From Camelus dromedarius (Eukaryota), in the NCBI RefSeq assembly GCF_036321535.1, contig NC_087436.1:82152001-82216000 (forward strand): 64,000 bases of DNA. Direction: 5' to 3'. The stretch's first letter is position 1; each line of letters begins with the position of its first letter. A model generated the notes under the pieces. That model did no database searches, was not told where the DNA came from, and worked only from the letters and a program-made list of their open reading frames with translations. This document shows positions 13,400-24,350 of the stretch, piece after piece. The position numbers and the translations under genes were made by a program.

Positions 13400-13800
13400 C
13401 AAAGACACAAAAGGAAAACATACAACAACTTGATGGAACTTAAACCCAGACCATATCAATAATTAAAATAAATGATCAAACCTACCAGGCAGCGATCCAG
13501 CAGGCTGGGTTTTACCCAACACAATAATCTGCTTCCAATAGATGTGTTTAAAAATAAAAACATGCATAGGTATAAGGGGAAAGGATAGTACAGGGTGCAC
13601 CATGAAACAGCATAGGAAAGGGGGACGGCTGTGTTAGCAACAAGAGGGCAGAAGTAGAACCAAGGGATGACGGCTGCAGGGAAGCCAGTTTGAACTCTAT
13701 GGAGTACAGAACTTTTGAGCTCTGTCTCTGGCCAGTGGTGGAAGGGGCTGGCTTGTAATTACAACAGATGTCCCTGGAGATACACAAACGGGCCAGTCTA
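13400..13800 (+). mobile_element. Ancient L1 ORF2 endonuclease-region fragment (degenerate)
   Basis: aaacccagaccatatcaataatta...acccaacacaataatctgcttcca...aaaggatag resembles the L1 ORF2 start but is heavily decayed. Confidence 0.5.
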
Positions 13801-15559
13801 GGCAGAGAGCATTCTTGCATGGAGAAGCGGATTAGATGATCTTGGTCTCCTTTCTAGAGCTAAGATTTGGTTATAGTTTATTTTCTACAGTAATTGTAAA
13901 TTATCACAATTGTAAAAATTGTAAATTTCAGACAAGTGTTCATTTTATAATACTTAGAACATTTTTAAATGCCCAGAATAAGTCACTTGATCCTTCTTTC
14001 CAAGAATATCTATGGCTAGCACTTTGGTACACAGGTCCAGTCAATTTCTTTAATACACACAATTAATTCAATTTTGATGAAGTGGGTTCATAACAAATGC
14101 ACTGTATAGCAATTACTTTTTTTTTTTAAACTTATGCTGTAATATCTTTCCATATCATAAAATATTTTTATGTAACAAGAGGGTGAAAGCATATTCAACC
14201 TGGGGAGAGAAAAAGCAACTTGAGACTATTTGTATAAATTCAGAAAAACAGAGAAGTATTTCAAGTAAGATCTCCAACTCCCACACTCCTGCACTTTTAC
14301 TATCTCAAGAGACCTTAGGGATTTGGGTGATGATTACATGTGCAGGAAGAGCCAGGAAAAGGAGTGACTGGTCTTTAGTTTTCGTGATTGGTGACCGGGA
14401 CTCGGGGAGAGGAGTTGGTTGGAGCCACATTAATTCTGGCCCCTTGAGTTTGAGTTGCTGGGGGTTACTGCCTGGCCTGGGGCCATTTCTCAGGCTGATT
14501 TTTTTTATCTCTTTTCCTAACCTGTTTGCCTTTCCATTTTAAAGGCATCACTACCCTGCACACTTACCTGCACACTCATTATTGTGCACACTCCCTGGTT
14601 TTTACTAGTAAAAAACTTAAGGCGGCAGATCTTATTTTAAGAGGTTTATCAATGATCATTACAGTTGCACACATGATAAAGATAGTGGAATTTTTTAGTT
14701 TTGTGTTACCCACACCCCTCCTGATCTGCTAATTGGAAGCCCTCTTTGAATTTTGTCTTCTGCTTTTATTCCCAAGAATGGAACCAGCTTACCTCCCCCT
14801 CCCCCATTCCTCCTTTGGACATTGTCCCCTCCATCTATGGAGAAACCACCCTTTGCAGACCCAAGCAGCAACTGAGAGTGAATGAGATGTGTGGCTCTTG
14901 GCATCTCCAGGGTGACATACTTTTCACTAAGTAAATGATCCATTTTGGACAACCGCCAAGTACCTTTTCACATCCAGGAATGTGTTTTTGGGCAGGTGGA
15001 AAGAAGGGACTTGGAGTTGTGGGGAGAGGTTTGGGCTGGAGTTACACTTCTAGAGGGTTACTGATGTTGCCCGAGACAGCATATGGACTGAGAGATAAGG
15101 GAAGTTTTCCAGCATTTTATAGTGAATCCTGTATGTGTGAGCAGAAAGAATTCCGAAACAAAATGACCCCCCACCCCAGACCAAAATAGATCAGTGTCAT
15201 AGAAGTCCACAGAGAAGAGCTTCAAGGAAGGTGGGCACTGGTGTTGCAAAGGAGGCAGACACTCTTCATTTAGGAATTTTGGCTGTGATGGCAGAAGGAG
15301 TTTGGGCAGTAGCTTCTAAGGAGAGAAGAGTGATATGTGGGAGAAACAGCTGCTTCAAGAACCGTGGTAGAGAAAACAGAAGATGAGCCTGGAGCGTCTT
15401 GTACCAGAAAGTAAGGAAGTGCTCAAAAGACAGAAGGACCACAGCAAGTCAAAGGGACAAGGCACTGACGGGAGAGAGTGCCCAGGGGCCACGGCTGGAA
15501 TAATCTGAACAACGAAAGAAAGCATGTAGTATTGAATTATAGCCCAAAGAGTAAAATAC

Positions 15560-16065
15560 ATATGTAAGCATATGCCATACTGGTATAAATAAATGACTGA
15601 ATAATAAATGGAGAAGCAAATCTTTCTTAGAGAAATACAATGTGTGGATACTACCACCCTACAGGAGGTGGAACACAGTTCCCTCCCTCCACTGAAGGGA
15701 AAAACATCAGACAAACCCAGATGAGGGACATTTTATAGGACACCTGGCCTGAACTCTTTGAAACTATCCAGGTCATAAAAAACCAGGAAAGACTGAGAAG
15801 CTGTCACACAGTGCAATGTGTGATACCCTGCATTGGATCTTGGAACAGAAAGAGGACATTAATGGAAAAACTGGTGAAATCAAAATAAAGTCTGGAGTTT
15901 AGCTTATAGTAATATACCAATGTGAATATCCCAGTTTTGACAAATGACAAATGGTACTATAGGATGTGAAAATGGGGAAACTGGCTGGGGTGGTATATGA
16001 GAATTCTTTGTAACTTTTCTGTAAATCTAAAATTATTCCAAGATAAAAAGACTGTTTTAAAAAAG
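15560..16065 (+). mobile_element. Old L1MC-like 3' UTR fragment
   Basis: cagacaaacccagatgagggacatt...ggatcttggaacagaaagaggacattaatggaaaaactggtgaaat...ctgtaaatctaaaattattcc. Confidence 0.8.
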
Positions 16066-17256
16066 TGTCTGTTGGGACGGGGGAGCAGGATTGGGTAAAC
16101 TTGAGTTTGTAGGCTGAGAATAAGTCACTGGTATGGATGGGGAGGGGAGGAGGGATGTTTTGTCTGTGCACAAATAGAGGAAGATGTGGAAAGGTGTAGA
16201 CCAGAAATAAAGACATGCCGTGAAGGAAAAGGTGAAATTGAGCAGAAGTCTTTAAACATTTTTGCTTGTGTGCTCCCCCAAAAGCATGTTGAAAAACTGC
16301 AAGTCAGCATTCTCAACCCATCAGCTGAATCCCATCAGAGAAAACCTTCCACCGCATTTCTTGATTCTAACCTGTAGCTGGATCAGTGGGGCACGGGCCT
16401 TGCTGCAGGTTGGTTACCTGGACGTCTCTAATGAGGAGTATTTCTTGATTTGAGCTCAGGGATTGTCCTCCACATAGAACTGTTCCTCTGGGGCCCCAGA
16501 GGCACTTGCACCCGGGAGCAGTGTAAGCTTCTAAGACTGATTTGGGGTGCGTGAGAGGCCTGCTTGTCTTACTCAAGTGGGGAAAGGCAAGCGGGAAGTG
16601 GGAGGAAAGCCTGAGCCCTTGTTTTGGGAAAGAAGGACCTGGAAATAATTTACTTCAAACCTTTGCCCTCTTACCTCTTGAGAACTTCCATGTTCCTCTA
16701 GTTTGAAGGCCATGTTAGAGGACCTGAAAAGTGTGGAGTAAAGCTCGGAAGAGTGCCTGGGGACAGACAGGACCTGCTCAGGACCAGTGAAGGAGCATCT
16801 GCTCTGTGTTGAGGTCACAGCTGAAGGGGAAGCCAGTTAATTTCCAGCGATGCTTATTGCCCAGTTTTCCCTGCTGTCTCTGCCCTCCCTCATCTTATTT
16901 CTCCTCCTTTGTCTCTCCGCTCATCTCGCCTCCCTTTTCCTGTGTCTGATTTATTTGAGTTCATCCAGTGGCACCTTAAGCACCTTTCTTTGGGTGAAGT
17001 CATTTTTGCAGTGTCCTCATCAAACAACATCCCATTGAGATGAAGTAAAAATTCTTAGATTTGACCTGTGTAATTTTTAGACTAAAAATGCCACTAAAGA
17101 GTAGAATCATTGAGTGACTATTGTAGACCAAATGCATACATTGAATGGTATTTAAGAGTTATGATTAAGACAACTTGTTGGAAAAAAAATGTTTCTTTTA
17201 AATTTAAACTAAGGTATGTTAGAAAGAGTTTGCCACCTATCACTTAAAAAAAATTT

Positions 17257-17400
17257 GGGAGGAGGGTATAGCTCAAGGGGTAGAGTATATGCTTAGTATG
17301 TATGAGGACATGGGTTCAATCCCCAATACCTCCTCTAAGAATAAATAAATACTAAATAAACCTAATTACCTCCCCCCACCCCCCAAAATTTAAAAATATA
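17257..17400 (+). mobile_element. tRNA-derived SINE (Vic-1-like)
   Basis: ggagggtatagctcaaggggtagag...gggttcaatccccaatacctcc...aaacctaattacctcccccc. Confidence 0.9.
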
Positions 17401-19016
17401 AACATATTTTTAACATATGTCCGTCTGTATTTTGCCAAATAAATGATGGAGCACTTGAAAGACTATCCTGTTTTCACTCTTGGATAACAATTCTAGTGCA
17501 CATTCGTAATTGTACTTAAGGTGTGTTGTTGCATAGGCCATGTATTATTGCCACTACATGTGTGCAAGTGTCATTTGTAAAGCTTATTAATTTAAAGAGC
17601 TAATAAAAAGGCACTCTTGTGATTCAGGAACCCGTTTCAGGTAGTAAACTAGTCTGTCGCACTCACCTTATAAATTCTGCCCCATTTATTAAATTGTATA
17701 CCTTACTTTTTTGGTGTTAGCATACTTGGTCATGGAAGGATTAGTGAATTCAGGAAATGGGGAACTGATTAGCGTATTATCACTGTTCTGAGAAACTTGG
17801 GATTTGGATGTGTAGATGATGTTTTGCTGTCATGTAGTATCTTTCCATTCTTTCCAATTTTTGAAGATTTTATTTCAGATTGGCCTTACTAGGCAGAGTT
17901 CCATCTAGCAGCGAGACAGGTATGCCTCTTTCCATTGCTTTTGTTAGAAATTCTTCACTGAACTGGGCAATTACTAAGACAGTTCCAACTTTTTAAAGGG
18001 GCAGTGAAGACCAACCCCTTATTTGGAAGGTAAGTTGAGTCCATTACTGGTCCAGTTTGAACATACCCTAGGGTCCAGAGATTTACCATTTGAAGCCTAC
18101 AGAGCCTCAGGTTCTTCCTAGGTGGGCTGCAGGGGAATCACGAATCACATCCAAGTAGAGCAAATGTTATGTGCATGGGCCTTTATCCTCAAATTTCATC
18201 AGAAAGCCAAAAAATTAGGTGCCCCCAAAAGGTTAAGAATGTCTTTTTGTTCAGTTTCTTTGCTGAACAAGACTGGGTCGGATACCTTGATGTTTTCAAA
18301 ACACTCGGAGATAATAACGCCCATGTGTATCCTGCTGTACCTCTCTCTGCAGCCACATGCGGTATCCAGTTCCAGAGTAATTTCTCCAGCACTTTCCTCT
18401 AGTATTTTTAGATCTGTGACAAATCGAGTGTAATCCCACTTCTGTTTCAAATTACCTTCACTAATTTACATTACAAATGATCTTAAGAGCCTGGGGAATC
18501 TCAGGTGTAATCTTGATCTGCAGTTGATTTCTTACTTCCTTTTGTGTAAATATTTGCTGTATTCTTTCCTATCTTTGGTGTCAGAACCATTAACACAGTT
18601 CACAGAGGGAAAACTGTATTTTTAATGTAAGTGATGTTACATTTCTAACCTGGAAAATTTATGATAAATGCTATTGTGCAATATTGTTTCAGCTTACTTA
18701 TATGTCTGATATCAATTTAAAGCATAAATGATCATAGTTGGTATTTAGAACAACAAGAGAAAGATGGGGGAAATGGCAAGCAAAAATTTGGGGGGAGTAG
18801 ATTTTGCCTAAATTTATAGTTTGTTTCGTTCAAGATTTATTACTCTCTTATTGCAAAAGAATATATACGTGCAGTGATATTTTATTGTCTGATAGAGATC
18901 TCTTAATGTTTAAAAATAAATGCTTTCCAACCATGATCCTTAAAATGATTGAAGGATTATAAACCAATACTGAATCAAAAGTTCAACATTATTATCTAAA
19001 TACACATACTCTAGGA

Positions 19017-19150
19017 AAGTGGTTCTCACATTTAAGCAGACAGGTATTAGCTGGAGAGTTTGTTGAAGTGTGTATCCCTGAGACCTCACCCCACAAGGAT
19101 TTTGATTCAGTAGTTTTGGAGTCTGTTTTTAATACATGCCACAGGTGATC
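19017..19150. mobile_element. MER5-like fragment
   Basis: agtggttctcaca...ctggagagtttgttgaa...tgattcagtag...acaggtgatct. Confidence 0.6.
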
Positions 19151-19307
19151 TGACATTTTGCCAAAGCTGATCTAGGAGCTAATAGGTTATACAGGAATAG
19201 CTGATATTATAATGCTACATTTTAATATAAGGGAAGCCGTGATGAATGTGAAGAGGTCAGGGAGATGTGGAAATATCAGCAAGTGACATGGACTGATTCT
19301 GCATTTC

Positions 19308-20732
19308 CAAATTATTGAGGACCCCAAAGAGTTTTTGTATATGTTGGTTTTATCTATTGATACTTGCTGTATTAGAAATGAAAATTGAGATATCTAAAAT
19401 ATTGAATTCTTTAAAATAAGAAACCTATTCCCTGTTAACATAAATTATATTTTTACTTAAAAAAAAACTTTCCAAAAAAAAAAAAAATTAGAGGAAGAGG
19501 AGAGGGTATAGCTCAGTGGTAGAGCACATGCTTAGCATGCATGAGGTCCTAGGTTCAATCCCCAGTACCTCCATTAAATAAATAAATAAGCCTAACTACC
19601 TCCCCCACCAAAAAAAAAAAAAAAAAAAAATTAGAGGAGTGGTAGTTTTACATTTATGCAAATCTCTTTACTGTCTAGCTTAATAAAAGACAGCTGGATT
19701 CTCATATCTGCTTCTGTATTCAATCTGTTGCAATGTTATTTTGGCTGAAATCTGTGATGAAAATCCAGACTCATACAAAAAAGAGGAGAGTATTTTAATA
19801 CCTTTTTGGGATATTGTATCAAAACTCCACAAGTCATAGTTTCTTAAAGGTTAGTTGCAATGTGGAATCTGAAATCATATCTTGAGGTTTTTTTTTTTTT
19901 TAATTTGACATATTAAAATCCTTTGGTCTGTCTTGCACTTTGGATGGATCTTTTTACCCATGCATGATTTTGTACTGTTTTGAAAATATTGGTTACTAAG
20001 TTATGCAGATCTTCTAAAAGCATATTCATTACCGTACTTACCTCATCAGGAAAGTTGTTAAGAATTGGGAAGCTGTCAAGCTCAGGGTGGCAGATGTCAA
20101 ATTTTCCAAAATGCCTGAAACCTCAAATTTTATCATTGGCAATAAATACGGTCAGTTTTCCTTGAAGAAACAGACTTACTTTGTTCATTTTTGAGAAAAT
20201 GACTGCCAAATACCCAAGTCAGAATAACCACAGTTCGTCAATTGTTCTTTCAAGTAGAAATGGTAGTCCATGAAAAAATAGCTAGTTCAGCTTGCAACTC
20301 AATTACACAAGTGTTTTCTTCTACACAACCACTGTACTTCACTCTGACAGTAGAGTGCCTCTTGTGTACTTCCCATTTTGTCACAGAGAACATCAAAATG
20401 ACCTGCCCTCAAGGGTCAAGATTTAATAAAGTAGTAATTCCTACTTCTCGCTTCATTAAGGACATTCATAAAGGAAATTGGCTCTTTTGTTTTTAACTGC
20501 TAATGTGTGGTAGTGAAGAGTGCAGTGACCACTAGTTCTTTTTGCTGCCACTGCCTTGATTAGTGCTAAGGCGCCAGCAGTTTGCCCACGATTGCTTTTG
20601 CACCATCAGTGCAAATGTCAGCACAGTGAAAAAGACAAATAATGTCTTTGTGTTATCCTAAAAATAGTTCTGACCTCTAAGAAGGTCTTGGGAACTCCCA
20701 GGAGTCCACCAATCACACTTTGAGAACCACTG
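19308..20732. mobile_element. Charlie1a-like hAT DNA transposon (near full length, SINE inserted)
   Basis: Begins aaattattgaggaccccaaagagtttttgt... and ends ...cacactttgagaaccactg, the hAT-Charlie terminus. Confidence 0.85.
19498..19630 (+). mobile_element. tRNA-derived SINE (Vic-1-like) with intact A/B boxes and poly(A), nested in Charlie1-type DNA transposon
   Basis: A box tagctcagtgg, B box ggttcaatccc, pure A tail, TSD aaaaattagagga on both sides. Confidence 0.92.
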
Positions 20733-20948
20733 ATAGAGATGCTTTGGGCCTTCCTCCTACCCTCCAGCCCCCAACCTCACAGCTTTGCAGTTTTCTTGCA
20801 GACGTCAGCTTGTCTGTATCCCTTGGCTTCTTAGTAATAAGGTCTGGAGTATCTCTGTGAGATGGTGACATTGTCATGATTGTAGGTAGAATGGGGAGTC
20901 CACAGGGCAGACATTCACTCAGCATTCATTTAAGAGTTCTCAGCTCCT

Positions 20949-20999
20949 GACTATTAACTCAATTTAAAAAAAAAAGTTTAAAAAATATATTAAAAAAAG
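20949..20999 (+). mobile_element. Extremely 5'-truncated L1 insertion (last ~17 nt plus A-rich tail)
   Basis: gactattaactcaattt-A-rich matches the terminus of the L1 at 62083-62740 (tgactataactcaataaaaa). Perfect 15-bp TSD gagttctcagctcct at 20934-20948 and 21000-21014. Confidence 0.8.
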
Positions 21000-21509
21000 G
21001 AGTTCTCAGCTCCTAGAGTGTGGTACTGGTCCCCTTGAGATGCTGAAGCACAACCTCCTTCCTGTCCACCTACGTTTTTTCTTGCTTAGCCTTAGGCACA
21101 GTTTAAATTTAAATGCCTTCCCTGGTCCCCTTAGTAGGACACGATTTCGTTTGTACTTTACTGTGTTTAATATTTTGTTGGTTTGCATCCTTGGTAATGT
21201 TCTAAGAATTTGTCAGTTCCTTATTTACTTCTTTAAGTACCACATGAGTTACTGTTCCCTTTGTAATCTGCATGTTGTCCAATAAAGGAGAGGGCGTTTT
21301 GTAAATACTTGCTTCAGTGTAACGAAATCAAAACTGAAAGCGAACAAAGTCAAACAAGTGTGCGTTAGTTGCACATTTCCTGACTGCAAGCTTTGGAATG
21401 GTCAAAAGTAGCAAACGTGGTTTCCTGCGTTGGTTTTATTCCTTGTTCCCTGCAGCCTCTCGGGGCCCAATATTCAACAAATAATCAAATTGGAGCTGGA
21501 GTTCTGAGC

Positions 21510-22290
21510 AGCCGGGTACTGTGTGTTCCGGCGGTGTGTGTTTGTACATTGTTAAAACCTGGCAAGAGAGCCTTAGCCAGGAGCCTGCAGGCGGGGCCGG
21601 GCCGCGATCGAGCCAGCTGGGCTGCGTCGGCGCCCCCGCCCGGCGCAGCCTCCGGCCCAGGCCAGCCGAGCGCCGTGCCCTTTTAAGGAGGCGGACCGTA
21701 CCACCAGAACTTTCTTGACGGGGGTGTTTAGGCGAACTCGGGCAACTTTATGTCAGCCAGAGGACGATTTCTTTTCTCTTCTGACGCGGACCTGAGTTCA
21801 AGTGCCGCTCGGCGGGAGCTGTGCGCTGGTGGGCTTTGCGCGCGGACCCCTTTGGTTTCCCTTCTCTGGAATCGCCCGGAGGGATCGCGCTCACTCTGGT
21901 TTCGGACGCGACGCTACCCGGGGCCGTCCAAAGTGTAGTTCGCCCGCAGAGGCCCCAGTGCCCGGATGTCCATCAGGATTAGCGTGAGCCAATACGGTCG
22001 GAGCCGGAGGCTGCGCTGAGGACGCCCGGGCTCGGGAGCAGGTAGTCCCGTAACATCGGGGAGTCGCGCTGGGGAAGCGTCCCCGCCCGGCCCCGGCAAA
22101 TGGTGAGCGCGGCGCTGGCACAAGGGCCGCGGGTTGAAGGCGCTCATGGACAGGAGACCTTGAGCTCTATAAACTGAATGATGGCAGCCCAGTCAAGGTA
22201 AGGCAGGCACCGAGAGAAACTTTTAGAATGTGTTAGTGGCTCGGGGAGATTGAAGGTTGCGGGCGAAGGCTTGGGGTGCTGCGAAGAAGA
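21510..22290 (+). promoter_or_regulatory. AFF1: CpG island: proximal AFF1 promoter and 5' UTR
   Basis: The only dense CpG/GC-rich block in the window. GC boxes (ccccgccc near 21633 and at 22081), CCAAT at 21989-21993. It spans the first coding exon and its donor. Confidence 0.9.
22178..22197 (+). CDS. AFF1: AFF1 first coding exon of the proximal-promoter isoform (M-M-A-A-Q-S plus 2 nt, phase 2)
   Basis: ATG ATG GCA GCC CAG TCA AG|gtaagg. It matches the AF4 N-terminus MAAQSSLYN when joined to the exon at 54948 (AG+C = Ser). Consensus donor at 22198. The second ATG (22181) has strong Kozak context (A-3, G+4). Confidence 0.93.
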
Positions 22291-23569
22291 CGGGCAGGAA
22301 GCAGCTTTGTCATTGCTTTCTCGTCATTCCTGATGCTGTGGTTCATTATGTCAGATAAAAAACAGTTTGGAGAACATCCGAGACAGTTTTCTGCAGAGGA
22401 GAGGAGAGGGGTTGAGTTCAAGTTCAGATTAAAGTTAAATTTCTCTTGTCTTCCAAAAATAATTATTTTCAGAGTAATCAAGTTGACTTAACTTGTCTGC
22501 CTTTACCCAAATTGTCCTTTAGTTTCTTTGTGCACTTTCCTTTGGTTCTCTTGATTTTTTTTTCCCGCTAACGCCTTGAGCAGAATTTTAGAAATTAATT
22601 AATGTAAAACAGTTCGCCTCGACGGAGGTGACTGGGAATTTGCCTGGTAAGTGACTGGAAATTTTACTGCCAAAATGTACGATTGCACATAAAACGGCAC
22701 AGCTTGCCTGAATTTGCTGAGTAGGCAAAGACCAGGAACGTACTGGGGTTGGTGAAGGGAGAGGATAATGAACTGCAGTTGCTGTCAGGAACGCTGTTAT
22801 AAGAACCTCGAGCCCTGGCTTTCCATGGTTTGTTGCTTTATTATTATTATTTTTTTATGGTAATGAGCGCTTAAGAGTGATGACAAGGCATTTGTCGTGA
22901 TTCTTATGAGATTCAGACTGTTGTGTGTAATTGAATGTTAGTCGTGACAGCAGTTGGTGCTAAGGGAAGCTTAGAACTTGCCTATACGTTCTTTAACTTT
23001 AAATTTTACTAGAAAGCACTTTGGTGTTACATTTAAAATAATAGGGCTCCTCAGTTTTGCTCTCTGATGTAACATAGTGATTTGGGGGAAATCTTATAAG
23101 GCTAAACACATTTCACATCTGAAGACCTAGATGGATCACTCAAAGAAATCAATGCTTTAATGTTGAAGCTTGAACTTGATGAGACTTTGAAATTTTTTCC
23201 TAAGGTATAGAACTTTCTAGGAAGAAAAAGAACTTCACTGTATAGCACCTTCTATGTATATATTTAATCCTCTGAACTCAGTGGTTTATCCCTGCCCCTG
23301 TTTTACTGGTTGCTCTAAAAGGTTCTTGGAACCAGGTAGTAGGAAAACTAGGATGAGAAACAAAAGTTGCATCTTTATTTTTTGCTAAGCTTTACTGAAA
23401 TTTAACTGCCAAAGGGATCCATGGCATCAAAACCACAGATTAAAATACCACGATCTAAGAAATTAAAGACTATACAACAGAGCTCAGTAATATAAGGCTG
23501 AGATTTGAACTCAGGTGTGAGTGATTTCAATGTCTTCGCCCTTAAACTAATTAAGACTCAAATGAGGTA

Positions 23570-23760
23570 ATAGCTAAATTGGACACTGCTGTGTGCCAGG
23601 CACAGCGGCTGTAATTGAATTACCTCTTTGACTATTCTCAGTCACTTAAATAGGTAAGTACTTTTGTTTTTCACTTTTTTTTTTTTAAAGGAAACTGAGG
23701 CCCAGCCAGCCTTGTTCTTGCCTGAGGTCACAAGGGTAGAGCAGTGCTTGAGTCCTGAGC
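23570..23760 (-). mobile_element. MIR SINE
   Basis: tgtgtgccaggcac...ggaaactgaggccca...cttgcctgaggtcaca. Confidence 0.65.
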
Positions 23761-24317
23761 TGCTCTGCAGCATTTCCTTACTTCCAGGCTGCCTCTTTAA
23801 TGCTGAGATGGGGTGTTAAGAGGGAGCTGCAAAGCCTCCATATAAATGCACGAAAAGCAATTTCTGCTAAAAGGACTTGGCTACAAGATGTAAAAATCTG
23901 AGTTATCAGGTGTGTGGTAATTCAATTTGCCAGTAATTGAAATTGAAGGACCATACATATTCCGCTCTTTTACCTGGCCTTCATATGTGCCCTTGAACTA
24001 GGAACAAAGCCACAAGGCCATGGTAGTCTGTTGTTTTCCAAGTCTGCATTCTGGGAGTGTATCTCACAAGTGCCCATTTTCTTTAGGTGTAGCTGGACTA
24101 TGGTCCATGTTCATTCAGACATTGTGTTTGTGGGAGAGTAGGTAACCTTTGAGATCCAAAGAAAGAATGTATGGAGAAGATTGCAGATATTTTTGGATTT
24201 CAGGGAAATCTCAAAGCTGGGCCATGTTACTCTGAGTAGTGCTAAGAGAAATGGGACCATCACCTATGATATATAATCAAGGTTAGTAAAATCTTGCCCA
24301 CATGTCCCTCATTGTTT

Positions 24318-24350
24318 CAAGAGCAGAGAGGTAGCATCTCTCTGCTCTTG
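24318..24350. repeat. Perfect 13-bp inverted repeat with a 7-nt spacer
   Basis: caagagcagagag-gtagcat-ctctctgctcttg. Confidence 0.95.

Noticed and set aside
19498..19575. Possible tRNA-Ala gene
   Set aside because: It continues into the SINE body and poly(A) with a TSD, and seven related copies occur in the window, so it is a tRNA-derived SINE.
1..21400. Distal AFF1 N-terminal exon (MAFTERVNSSGN-type)
   Set aside because: Not found by reading; presumably upstream of the window.
21393..22147. Several 60-97 aa ORFs in the CpG island
   Set aside because: Expected from stop-poor GC-rich DNA; mostly non-ATG starts and no homology recognised.
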